Shown here one piece after another: positions 9,627 through 18,055 of a DNA stretch of 64,000 nucleotides. The number at the start of each line of letters is the position of its first letter. Position 1 is the stretch's first letter. This stretch comes from a virus: the IMG/VR virus record IMGVR_UViG_3300032285_002884; one strand, 5' to 3'. The translations under genes and the position numbers were made by a program. The notes beneath the pieces were generated by a model that saw nothing but the letters and a program-made list of their open reading frames with translations, made no database searches and was not told the DNA's origin.

Positions 9627-9634
9627 AGCTTCTC

Positions 9635-10324
9635 TCAGTAATATTGTTTCTTGTCGTCCCTGCGAAGGACGTAGTCGACGAGCTTCTCCTGCACTATGTC
9701 GAGACCGAGATGCTTCATTGAGTTGAGGAGCAGTCGGTGAGGAGGTGTCTCGTGGCTGTCGTCATACTTAGGCGAATAGAACTCGTCCATTATGAACTCA
9801 GACATGCCGACGATGTTGTCGCGACTCGACATGAAGATCCAGTCGTTGGGGTACGTGTTAGCCGAGTCGATCGTCACTGAGCTCGGGTTGACCATGATCG
9901 GCGTGGTCGAGTAGACCAAGTCACACCTCGACTTGATGACGAAGTCGTACCTGAACCCCTGAAGCTTCTCGTGTGCCTCCATGAGCTGGACAGCCTGACG
10001 GAACTTTAGGTACTGATAGTAGGTGCTCTCGTGATCGCGATGACGAGGGTCGACGTTGTCGGGTACCTTGTAGTTCTCTGAGTTGTCGTCGATCAGGACA
10101 CCCTGAAGGTCTATTCCCGAGAACAGATCATAGATGCGGTCGCTGTCTAGTATCTCGTCGTCTTGGTATCCGAACTTACCCTGTATGTGTGGGTGGTAGT
10201 TGTATCGTCTGTTGTAAGTAGATAGGAATACGTCGGGCTTGAGGTGGGAAAACATTCCAAGAAAGCTGTCTTTGGTCTGGTCCCATGTTCGGACGTTTCC
10301 TGACAATAAGATAGCCGTCCTCAT
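9635..10324 (-). CDS. Putative glycosyltransferase-like protein
   Basis: AILLSGNVR, YDFVIKSRCDL; glycan cluster context. Confidence 0.6.
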   Translation of the reverse strand: MRTAILLSGNVRTWDQTKDSFLGMFSHLKPDVFLSTYNRRYNYHPHIQGKFGYQDDEILDSDRIYDLFSGIDLQGVLIDDNSENYKVPDNVDPRHRDHESTYYQYLKFRQAVQLMEAHEKLQGFRYDFVIKSRCDLVYSTTPIMVNPSSVTIDSANTYPNDWIFMSSRDNIVGMSEFIMDEFYSPKYDDSHETPPHRLLLNSMKHLGLDIVQEKLVDYVLRRDDKKQYY

Positions 10325-11694
10325 TTGTGGTGCTCCAGGAAGTAGCCGAGGTCTTCGGGAGTGCCGATGCCCCACATCTTCTTTACTTCCTTGATGCGGA
10401 CTCGCTTGCCGTCCTGAATAGCCTCGTTGAACACTGGACAGACGTAGAACTCGTTGTTGACTCGGATGTCCTTGGCTATCATCTGCTCTGCGTACTTGAC
10501 GTAGTCGGATCCCTTGTTCCAGTAGTACACGCCTACGGTCGCGTGGTCTGAGATGACTTTCTTCTCAGCTACCTCAGAGACGAACCCGTTCTCATCTAGG
10601 CTGGCATACGACCACTTGGGATGGGTAGACTTGAAGGTCAAGATACCGGCGTCGATATTGTCGGCACCGAAGGCGTACATCGCCTCGTTAGAGTCCCACT
10701 CGATGAACTGGTCGCTGTTGGCGATGACTAGGTGCTCGTCGTTGTCGATGAACTCTTTGGCGAGGAGAGTAGTACAAGCTGCACCCTCGGTCAACCCGTC
10801 GACCTGAACGATCTTGCAGTTGGGAGCGATGAGTCCGAGTACGTACTTGAGGTTGTACTTCTCGTAGTGCTCTCGCTGGACGATGAAGACGTAGTTGGCC
10901 TGCATGTTCAGGTTGTCGACGACCACTTGGATCATCGGCTTGCCGTGCACCTCGATGAGCGGCTTGGGGAACGTGTAGCCGGCAGCTGCGAACCTAGAAC
11001 CCGCACCGGCCATCGGGATGAGCACGTTGAGCTTTGAATCGCGCCACGGCACTTTGACTTCAGTAAATTCACTCTCGAGTTCGTTCATCTTGTTAATCAC
11101 CTTCTCTACGCTGAGATCATATGAGTCTTCTACGGGAAGCAAGTGACCGCCGGAGTCGAGAGCGCCCCTGCGACCGATGTGAGAGTCCTCGACGATGAGG
11201 GTGTTCTTCGGCAGGGCGTTCAGCGCTATCATGCAGCGCCAGTACATCTCGGGGAACGGCTTGGCATACTTGACGTCCTCGTTACTCATTATATAGTCAA
11301 CCATCGGGAGGACGCCGATCGCGTTGAGTGCGATGCGGATGGTCTCACGGATAGAGTTGCTGGCTACCGCTACCTTCCACCCACGCCCCTTTGCGGTGGT
11401 GATGATGGACTGAGCGGCGTAGTTGGGACCGAGTCTAGACAGGTGGTAGAACGTAGCCTCCTGCTTCTTCTTCCAGATCTGGTCGAAGTACCTGCGGTCG
11501 AGACCCTTCCTAGTCGAGAGCATCTCTAGCTTCTTGGTAGTGTTTAGTCCGTCGTACGTGCTGAGGTGTTCGTCCCTCGATATGACGTACTCTTCTCCGA
11601 CTTCCCTGAGTGCGTCGTTGAGCGCTTCAAAGTGGATGTCGCGTGACTCGATGAGCGTCCCATCGAGGTCCAGTATTAGCAGCTTATTTGTCAT
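10321..11694 (-). CDS. HAD phosphatase fused to sugar nucleotidyltransferase
   Basis: LDLDGTL, KP.PE, VEDS; IPMAGAGSRF...PKPLI, EKK. Confidence 0.9.
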   Translation of the reverse strand: MTNKLLILDLDGTLIESRDIHFEALNDALREVGEEYVISRDEHLSTYDGLNTTKKLEMLSTRKGLDRRYFDQIWKKKQEATFYHLSRLGPNYAAQSIITTAKGRGWKVAVASNSIRETIRIALNAIGVLPMVDYIMSNEDVKYAKPFPEMYWRCMIALNALPKNTLIVEDSHIGRRGALDSGGHLLPVEDSYDLSVEKVINKMNELESEFTEVKVPWRDSKLNVLIPMAGAGSRFAAAGYTFPKPLIEVHGKPMIQVVVDNLNMQANYVFIVQREHYEKYNLKYVLGLIAPNCKIVQVDGLTEGAACTTLLAKEFIDNDEHLVIANSDQFIEWDSNEAMYAFGADNIDAGILTFKSTHPKWSYASLDENGFVSEVAEKKVISDHATVGVYYWNKGSDYVKYAEQMIAKDIRVNNEFYVCPVFNEAIQDGKRVRIKEVKKMWGIGTPEDLGYFLEHHK

Positions 11695-12652
11695 CTATCA
11701 ACCTCATAATATCGTCCACAGTGTTACTTATAAGGTGGTTCTCCATGGCGTATCGCTTGCGAGGTATCAGGACGTCGTAGTTCTTTGGTGTCCTGTAGTC
11801 GCGCATGAACTGCAGCAGCTGTTGGTCTTCCTTGTAGGTGAAGCCGTAGTCACGCATGAGTCGAGCGCCCGCGTTGTACCTAGCGGCCCAAGGTGTTAAG
11901 TTGACCATCGCTTCGAGCAGTACTAGACCAAACCCTTCCTTGAAGGAGTGCATGACGTATAGGTCGGCTTCCTTCAGTGCGTTGAGTACGTCTTGGCGGT
12001 CGTCGAGTATTAGGTTCTTGACGTACCTAGAGTCTTGTGGTATCAGGCTCGGGTCGAGTGAGTAGCCGGTGGTTACCATGGTGACGTCGGTGCGACCTAG
12101 CTGGTTGAACAGGTCGACAAGCTCCTTCATGGCCTTGTTCTGCCAGTATCCACCGCACGACAGGAACATGTACTCCGTGTCGATGCCGAACTTCTTCTTG
12201 AAGCCGTCGACACCGATTGCTTTCTTCATGTCGATGCCGTGACGGACCTGCACGCCCCTGCCTTGACAGTTGACGTCGGCCCATTCCCAGTCCTCCTCGG
12301 TAGAGCATCCCACGAACGCGACGTTCTTAGAGGCGCGCTTGTACAGGTCGCTGTTGGAAGGTAAGATGAGCATGAACAGGATAGGGGAAGGGATGTGCTG
12401 TGCCTGTCTGAGGACGAAGTCCTGTACTCCGACGTCCCCGCCGTGTACGATGATCAGGTCGAACGGAGTACCCAAGATGCTTGAGTCGCTCGTCACGTTG
12501 ACGCCGTTGATGTTGTTGCCCTTGTGGGTACCAGTAAAGACCCAGACCTCGTGGCCTCTCTTTACTGATTCCTCGGCCATGTCCCTGACGTAGTTCTCAG
12601 AGCCTCCGGGAAATGGTGCGTAGCGGTGTACTACGTACAGTAGTCTCTTCAT
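11684..12652 (-). CDS. GT4 (GT-B) glycosyltransferase
   Basis: YAP..GGSENYV; EGFGLVLLEAM. Confidence 0.9.
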   Translation of the reverse strand: MKRLLYVVHRYAPFPGGSENYVRDMAEESVKRGHEVWVFTGTHKGNNINGVNVTSDSSILGTPFDLIIVHGGDVGVQDFVLRQAQHIPSPILFMLILPSNSDLYKRASKNVAFVGCSTEEDWEWADVNCQGRGVQVRHGIDMKKAIGVDGFKKKFGIDTEYMFLSCGGYWQNKAMKELVDLFNQLGRTDVTMVTTGYSLDPSLIPQDSRYVKNLILDDRQDVLNALKEADLYVMHSFKEGFGLVLLEAMVNLTPWAARYNAGARLMRDYGFTYKEDQQLLQFMRDYRTPKNYDVLIPRKRYAMENHLISNTVDDIMRLIDDK

Positions 12653-12670
12653 GACAAACACTCCAAAGAT

Positions 12671-12745
12671 TGGAGCGGACGATGGGATTCGAACCCACGA
12701 CATTTTGCTTGGCAAGCAAAAACTCTACCCCTGAGTTACGTCCGC
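12671..12745 (-). tRNA. tRNA-Gly(GCC)
   Basis: TTTGC-TTGCCAA-GCAAA; U73, CCA. Confidence 0.95.
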
Positions 12746-12783
12746 ATTAAACATATATATCTATAGAGAACAGGAGGATAATT

Positions 12784-13275
12784 ATGTCTCTAGTATGGAT
12801 GAATACCGCAAAGAGCTTGGTAGGTACCAAGGAGTTTCCAGGAAACGCAAACAACCCTGAGATCATTCATTGGGCAAAGATGGTCGGAGGCTTCGCTTCC
12901 AAGTACTATACTGCCGACTCGATCCCATGGTGTGGACTGTTCGTCGCTCACTGTCTTGAGGCTGCCGATGCGTCGGTACCGAGCAACCCTCTCAGCGCAC
13001 TAGCCTATGCTGACTGGGGAACTCGCCTTAACGAGCCGTCGTTCGGCGCCGTCATGGTGTTCAAGAGATCTGGTGGTGGGCACGTAGGGTTCTACGTCGG
13101 TGAAGACGATGAGTCCTACCACATACTCGGTGGTAACCAGAGCGACATGGTCGACGTTACTCGTGTCGGTAAAGAGAGGCTTCATGCGATTCGTTGGCCG
13201 AGCGAAGTCGAGCTAGTCCACACTGGCCCGATAGTAGAGGAATACGCAGGACCCCTCTCGGTCAACGAACAGTAA
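12784..13275 (+). CDS. TIGR02594/NlpC-P60-like peptidoglycan hydrolase
   Basis: PWCGLFV, GGHVGFYVG, LGGNQSD. Confidence 0.88.
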   Translation: MSLVWMNTAKSLVGTKEFPGNANNPEIIHWAKMVGGFASKYYTADSIPWCGLFVAHCLEAADASVPSNPLSALAYADWGTRLNEPSFGAVMVFKRSGGGHVGFYVGEDDESYHILGGNQSDMVDVTRVGKERLHAIRWPSEVELVHTGPIVEEYAGPLSVNEQ

Positions 13276-13276
13276 C

Positions 13277-13351
13277 TGGAGCGGGCGAAGGGGATCGAAC
13301 CCTCGACAGTCAGTTTGGAAAACTGAAGCTCTACCACTGAGCTACACCCGC
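13277..13351 (-). tRNA. tRNA-Gly(TCC)
   Basis: TCAGT-TTTCCAA-ACTGA; U73, CCA. Confidence 0.95.
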
Positions 13352-13361
13352 AAAACTTTAC

Positions 13362-14138
13362 TTACTCTTGTGAATCAACAGTATAGTGGTGCACCCTGTA
13401 ATGCTCACCGTTATCATCGTGATGGTGAGTCGTATGACTATACGTGAGCTTAGTTCCAGCAGGTATAATCGTCTCGTGTTCTCCTTGGTACAGGGAACGG
13501 TTACCTACGTGAAAAGCTTTGTCTTTCGGCTTTAAGTGTACGTGCATTATATCGTATCCACGACTCTGTATTCCCTTTCGCTTTGCAAAATTTCTTGCAA
13601 TGTCTACGTCGTGAGAAGTAGATATGTGTGATGGGGAATAGAGAATCTTTGATTCTTTGGCAGCTTTTTCGCCGACAAAGCGCATTCCAGAATAGACGTG
13701 GGCTTCTCTGCCCATGGGTGTAGATGCAAGACCCGATATTCTTTTATGAATAGCTGCGTCATGTGTGCTTAAACCAGAAGTCGCGGGTAGCCCTTGCTCA
13801 TGATTTGATATAAGAGTTGTGTTTATTCTTGCAGAAGCGTTAGCATTACCATTTCTATTGTATGCGCTGTACTTATGTATGGCATTCTGGTCTTTTTTTT
13901 CCAGTTCACCATGAGACGCGTGAATCTCATCAGACTTCTTCATGAAGTGATCTAGACGACTACCTTCGACGCTCTGTCCAGGAAGAGTATGAAGATGAGA
14001 CGTCTCTGGTCTCGCATCTTCTTTTATTCCGGATCTTTTATCTTTCTTATGAACGATAGATATCGGCTTACTTGGAACTACATGACCATTATGATCTATG
14101 AAATAACCTTTGTCTATGTAGTTCTTAAACGTCAACAT
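13362..14138 (-). CDS. ADP-ribosyltransferase (Alt/Mod-like) with capsid-targeting-like N-terminus
   Basis: VYSG / ISTS / GEHETII motifs; MLTFKNYI start; AATAAATA at 14178-14171. Confidence 0.75.
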   Translation of the reverse strand: MLTFKNYIDKGYFIDHNGHVVPSKPISIVHKKDKRSGIKEDARPETSHLHTLPGQSVEGSRLDHFMKKSDEIHASHGELEKKDQNAIHKYSAYNRNGNANASARINTTLISNHEQGLPATSGLSTHDAAIHKRISGLASTPMGREAHVYSGMRFVGEKAAKESKILYSPSHISTSHDVDIARNFAKRKGIQSRGYDIMHVHLKPKDKAFHVGNRSLYQGEHETIIPAGTKLTYSHTTHHHDDNGEHYRVHHYTVDSQE

Positions 14139-14176
14139 TATGTTCTACTCCTTATGGCTCAAGCTTAAAATATTTA

Positions 14177-14647
14177 TTAAGCTACCATGTATTCCTTGAG
14201 CCTGTCAGCCGCATACGAAGCGGCGAAGGCGTTAGGCTTTACCATGGGAACCACGTTGCACATACCCCTGATGTACCCTACGGCCTCGTTGATTACGCAC
14301 GATGAGCCGTGGTGTTCGTCAGGGTTGATGTCGAGATGGACCTCGACGTATCGATCTTCAAGTACCTCGCCGAGTCTCAGGTAGAGCTCAGCGATCTTGT
14401 AGACCTCGTTCATGAGACGCAGCCTAGGCTTACCCTTGACGGTGTCGTAGTCGCGCTCGCGCTGGATCTCACCGAATATCTTGCATCCCCTCTTGCCGTC
14501 CATGTGTACCACTACGACTAACGTGTAGTCGGCGTGCCATTGACCCTTGATGGGAAATCTCTCGGAGTCGCAGCCGATGTAGATCTTCGTCTCCGGTCCG
14601 AGAGTTTCAAGGAACTCCTTTACTTCGTTGACGTCGATCTTCTTCAT
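14177..14647 (-). CDS. RNase H-like YkuK-family protein
   Basis: IYIGCDS, RLMNEV, EVHLDIN, KPNAFAASYAAD. Confidence 0.85.
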   Translation of the reverse strand: MKKIDVNEVKEFLETLGPETKIYIGCDSERFPIKGQWHADYTLVVVVHMDGKRGCKIFGEIQRERDYDTVKGKPRLRLMNEVYKIAELYLRLGEVLEDRYVEVHLDINPDEHHGSSCVINEAVGYIRGMCNVVPMVKPNAFAASYAADRLKEYMVA

Positions 14648-14668
14648 CAGTGCCTCCTGTCTTATATA

Positions 14669-14745
14669 TGGAGGACACGAGAGGACTCAAACCCCTAACC
14701 TCCGCGTTCGTAGCGCGGCGCTCTGTTCAGTTGAGCTACGTGTCC
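14669..14745 (-). tRNA. tRNA-Arg(ACG)
   Basis: CCGCG-CTACGAA-CGCGG; CCA. Confidence 0.92.
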
Positions 14746-14749
14746 GTTA

Positions 14750-14825
14750 TGGTGCTTGGAGACGGGATCGAACCGCCCACACTCGGTTCTTCAGACCGAT
14801 GCTCTACCAACTGAGCTACTCAAGC
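14750..14825 (-). tRNA. tRNA-Phe(GAA)
   Basis: TCGGT-CTGAAGA-ACCGA; CCA. Confidence 0.93.
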
Positions 14826-15482
14826 TTATCTCTTCATTAGTTCCTCTACAAAGTCTAGCAATAGACCGTGGTTCTTCTTCTCTATGTCTCCGTTCCATAC
14901 CTTCTTCATCCAGCTGTACTCGGTGTACCAGTGCTTCTGAGCTTCAGGGTGGGAACCTATGAGACCTATCCTGTCTTGATAGCCGGCCATCACGTCACCG
15001 TTTCCATATCTAGCGACCACGTCGAACCGGCCGCTGCCGACGATGCTGCAGCCGTCGTACCAGAACATCTTCTCTTTCTCGTCTTTCCACGTGACTTCTA
15101 GATGCTTGGCGTGCGGCCTTCTCGTATCCGTCTTAGGACGTGCAAGGTACTGTACGCAGTCGCGATTGTCTAAGATGTCTAGGTATTCTTTTCCAGCCCA
15201 GTAGGCGCCCATGCATATGCCGAGATAGCGACCTCCTCTGTTTAAGATGAAGTCTCTTATCACGGGTATATGCCACCTCATGATCATGCTAAACTTAGAT
15301 GCGTCGCCTAGACCTCCAGGAACCGCTATCATCTCGACGTCGTCGAACCAGTCATCATAGAGAATATCTTGTCTAGTAAAGATCTTAAACTGGTAGTACG
15401 GTTGAAGCACGTTCAGTATGCCGTTGACGCCGTGGATCGAGCAGTATGGATGGTCTATGAATAGCGCGATCTTCTTGTTCAT
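14826..15482 (-). CDS. BPL_N / class I glutamine amidotransferase-like protein
   Basis: VPGG, GGRYLGICMGAY, GSHPE. Confidence 0.8.
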   Translation of the reverse strand: MNKKIALFIDHPYCSIHGVNGILNVLQPYYQFKIFTRQDILYDDWFDDVEMIAVPGGLGDASKFSMIMRWHIPVIRDFILNRGGRYLGICMGAYWAGKEYLDILDNRDCVQYLARPKTDTRRPHAKHLEVTWKDEKEKMFWYDGCSIVGSGRFDVVARYGNGDVMAGYQDRIGLIGSHPEAQKHWYTEYSWMKKVWNGDIEKKNHGLLLDFVEELMKR

Positions 15483-15503
15483 ATAGTTCTCTGTTTAAGA
15501 TGC

Positions 15504-15578
15504 TGGCACCGGTCCTCAGAATCGAACTGAGTTCTCAAGGTTTTGGAGACCTGCGGATTACCACTTTCCCTGACCGAT
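15504..15578 (-). tRNA. tRNA-Trp(CCA)
   Basis: CAGGT-CTCCAAA-ACCTT; G73, CCA. Confidence 0.92.
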
Positions 15579-16331
15579 TTAAGCTTTGTAGGAGAACACC
15601 GGTGACTGCTTCTTCACCGCCTCGCTGGTAGTCTTGAACGGCTTGACACCATGTCTCAGGCCTCTCAAGAATCCAGGAAGGTTCTCCCAGTTCGTCTCGG
15701 CGTTCCCCTTCTCGGGGGCCTGAGCATACGTATCCCTGTCACCGACCTCGGCGACGACCAGCGGTGGGTCGACTGCCATGAGGTTCATGCCGAAGGAGTT
15801 GTTGACTCCCATAAGACCGTCCACGTTCATGGTGATGTGGTTGGTGTAGAATATAGCGCCGAGCATCTTCCTAGCCGTCATCGGCGTGATGGCATAGGCG
15901 TGTGTACCCTCGAAGTGGTCTACCTTCTTGAAAGATACCCTCTCGTTAGGTACTGAGTAGTCGTCTCGGTTCCATACGCGCGGGCCGAGCCATAGGATCT
16001 CGCCGTCGTTGACCTTGATGCCGTCGAGTGGTGCCTTGACCACCGCGTCGTGCTCGAGTACCACGGCCGGCTGGTTCTCTTGAATGATCTTCATCCAGAT
16101 AAACATGTGACCGAGTGAGCAGCAGAACTCTCTATGGTACTGACGATCGTCGTCGAAGGTTCCGGGACGACCCATGGTGTACCCGTACTTCTTCGTGATG
16201 TCGGCGTTGAGTAGTCCGTGCACTCCCTCGAAGAGCTCGGCGTCGACACCGTGCTCCTTGCAGGAGGCCAGCGTGTCGAGAGCGTACTTCTTGGAGTCAC
16301 CCTTGTCAATGTATAAGATGTAGGCCTTCAT
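15579..16331 (-). CDS. GT25-family glycosyltransferase
   Basis: CSLGH..IW, VVLEHDA, GTHAYAITP..A. Confidence 0.85.
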   Translation of the reverse strand: MKAYILYIDKGDSKKYALDTLASCKEHGVDAELFEGVHGLLNADITKKYGYTMGRPGTFDDDRQYHREFCCSLGHMFIWMKIIQENQPAVVLEHDAVVKAPLDGIKVNDGEILWLGPRVWNRDDYSVPNERVSFKKVDHFEGTHAYAITPMTARKMLGAIFYTNHITMNVDGLMGVNNSFGMNLMAVDPPLVVAEVGDRDTYAQAPEKGNAETNWENLPGFLRGLRHGVKPFKTTSEAVKKQSPVFSYKA

Positions 16332-16372
16332 GATTAATCCTCGTCTAGCGTTGTCGTCACTAGTTTATATAT

Positions 16373-16447
16373 TGGTGCAGGAAGTTGGAGTCGAACCAAC
16401 CTTAAAAGCCTTATGAGGACTCCTCGACACCTTGCCGACCTACCTGC
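16373..16447 (-). tRNA. tRNA(CAT): Met or Ile2
   Basis: GAGTC-CTCATAA-GGCTT; CCA; identity not resolvable by eye. Confidence 0.85.
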
Positions 16448-16452
16448 GTCGT

Positions 16453-16527
16453 TGGTACTGTCTACTGGTATCGATCCAGTTCTACGAGTGCCACAAACTC
16501 GTGTGCAACCTTTAACACTTAGACAGC
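16453..16527 (-). tRNA. tRNA-His(GTG), alphaproteobacterial type
   Basis: CGAGT-TTGTGGC-ACTCG; G1:U72, A73, no encoded G-1. Confidence 0.9.
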
Positions 16528-16528
16528 A

Positions 16529-16602
16529 TGGTTGTCCTACTTGGTTACGATCCAAGGTCTCGCGATTATCAGTCGCGTGCTCTCCCATTGAGCTATAGGA
16601 CA
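16529..16602 (-). tRNA. tRNA-Ile(GAT)
   Basis: CGCGA-CTGATAA-TCGCG; atypical T-loop ATCGTAA; CCA. Confidence 0.9.
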
Positions 16603-16608
16603 ATGAAC

Positions 16609-16777
16609 TGGGCGGGAGAGAAGGACTCGAACCTTCAAGCTGCAGCTACTGTTTCCAGACAGCTCTCCCGAGGTTGTCGCTGGTCCGATTCGAACGGTGT
16701 CCTAGTGTTGACCATCTGCACTTCCCACAGTACTGACAGCGACTCAATGTAGCGGCTCTTTTCTCTAATCACTCCCG
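16609..16777 (-). ncRNA. tRNA-like RNA of about 169 nt
   Basis: 5' CGGGAG pairs 3' CTCCCG-C-CCA; T-arm GAAGG-TTCGAGT-CCTTC; no anticodon arm; second internal TTCGAAT hairpin. Confidence 0.65.
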
Positions 16778-16841
16778 ATAGATGCTGGCCAGCATAGGGC
16801 ATAGAGGTCTGAACGGTGGACGCCACCCTTTCACTACAATA

Positions 16842-16881
16842 TGGTGCCGGATGTCGGGATTGAACTGACGACCTACCGCTT
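16842..16881 (-). pseudogene. 3' half of a disrupted tRNA (Thr-like)
   Basis: AAGCGGT-AGGTC-GTCAG-TTCAATC-CCGAC-ATCCGGC-ACCA; matching 5' GCCGGATTAGCTC at 17394-17382. Confidence 0.85.
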
Positions 16882-17256
16882 CCTAGCACTGTTTTTATTT
16901 TTAGCTCTAAATGTGTCCGTTTGAGAATGACAGTTAGGACACAAGAACTCTAAATTCTCTAATATGTTATTGGATGCATTTCCATCAATATGATGGACTT
17001 CTAAAGTTATATCTTTCTCGAGCCAAGACTCTATTTTACAACTTTCACATTTATAACCTTTTTTATCGATCAATAAACGTCTAGACCATCCTCTAATTTG
17101 GAAAAGTTGACCACTGTTTTTACCATCTAAAAAACTTTGCATTTTATTTTTAGACTGATATTCATGCTGACATGAATTATTGCAGTATTTTTTACCGCGT
17201 AAGTTCTTTCTTCCTTTAGTTGGAATAAGCTCGTTGTTACAGTTTAGACAGTGCAT
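16873..17256 (-). mobile_element. HNH homing endonuclease
   Basis: CESC, LEVHHIDG..SNN..ENL..LCPNCHSQT; AT-rich; late promoter in hairpin 17267-17300. Confidence 0.92.
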
Positions 17257-17311
17257 TGTGTTTCCTTGTAAAGCATTTACTATATTTATAATGCTTTACA
17301 TTTAATAGTAC

Positions 17312-17385
17312 TGGTGCTCCCACTTAGAATCGAACTAAGAACTGATGCTTACAAGGCAACTGTTATACCATTTAACTATAAGAGC
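17312..17385 (-). tRNA. tRNA-Thr(TGT), AT-rich
   Basis: GTTGC-CTTGTAA-GCATC; CCA. Confidence 0.9.
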
Positions 17386-17400
17386 TAATCCGGCATAATA

Positions 17401-17493
17401 TGGTGGGTGAGGTTGGATTCGAACCAACAGTGTTTACCTATAAGGACCGGATTTACAGTCCGGGGATGCACACGCCGTAGCATCAACTCACCC
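17401..17493 (-). tRNA. tRNA-Tyr(GTA)
   Basis: CCGGA-CTGTAAA-TCCGG; long variable arm; CCA. Confidence 0.93.
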
Positions 17494-17500
17494 ATTGTAT

Positions 17501-17575
17501 TGGCGACCCGTAGGGGTTTCGAACCCCTCTAACTCGTTAGACAGACGAGTATCCACACCAGCTGATTCACGGACC
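17501..17575 (-). tRNA. tRNA-Asp(GTC)
   Basis: CTCGT-CTGTCTA-ACGAG; G73, CCA. Confidence 0.92.
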
Positions 17576-17758
17576 TTTATTCTTTAACCATTCCTGATAA
17601 TCTTTTTGATTATCTACATTAAAGAAAACATTTTTAGTTTCTAAAATAGAAAGGTTCTTATAAACTTCTTTATAATACTTATTGCATAAGAGCATAAGAG
17701 TTTGATGAATTAACAAGTTTACATCTTTATCTCCAGTAATGGAAGCTATTTTAGTCAT
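17567..17758 (-). CDS. AT-rich hypothetical protein
   Basis: GAGGAG SD; stop inside tRNA-Asp 5' end. Confidence 0.6.
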   Translation of the reverse strand: MTKIASITGDKDVNLLIHQTLMLLCNKYYKEVYKNLSILETKNVFFNVDNQKDYQEWLKNKGP

Positions 17759-17774
17759 TCTAATTACTCCTCAA

Positions 17775-17877
17775 TGGCGCCGCCGAAACATTCGTCTAAC
17801 CTCATGTCTTCACGGTAGCTAACTCCGTTACTAGCTAGGTAGGACTTCAGAGGTCCGTGTCTCGAATGTTCCAGCGA
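17775..17877 (-). ncRNA. Putative structured RNA (about 100 nt)
   Basis: Terminal stem CGCTGGAACATTCG/CGAATGTTTCGGCG, two internal hairpins, ends GCCA. Confidence 0.5.
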
Positions 17878-17882
17878 TTAGT

Positions 17883-17959
17883 TGGAGGGGAAGATGGGAT
17901 TCGAACCCACATTCCAAGGTTTTGCAGACCTCGCAGTAGCCATTCCTGCACACTTCCCC
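17883..17959 (-). tRNA. tRNA-Cys(GCA)
   Basis: GAGGT-CTGCAAA-ACCTT; U73, CCA. Confidence 0.93.
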
Positions 17960-17965
17960 ATGAAT

Positions 17966-18052
17966 AGCCACCGTACTTCCATTCGTCAATGGAGATCACC
18001 TGTTGATTCAGGTTCCTGATGTTGCGCTTCGTCGAGAGGCGTAGGCGGTGAA
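17966..18052 (-). ncRNA. Putative structured RNA (multi-stem junction)
   Basis: CACCG/CGGTG closing stem; ACCTG/CAGGT and TCCATT/AATGGA hairpins; no ORF. Confidence 0.45.
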
Positions 18053-18055
18053 TAA

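Noticed and set aside
16609-16777. tmRNA or intron-containing tRNA
   Set aside because: No G3:U70/A73, no tag frame, and the insert is too short and lacks group I core motifs.
16334-16889. ORFs spanning the tRNA cluster (also 14628-14962, 19088-19462)
   Set aside because: Translations of tRNA genes.
16882-17311. Self-splicing intron restoring the split tRNA
   Set aside because: The D-loop-to-anticodon part of the old tRNA is missing, so splicing could not restore it; no intron structure seen.
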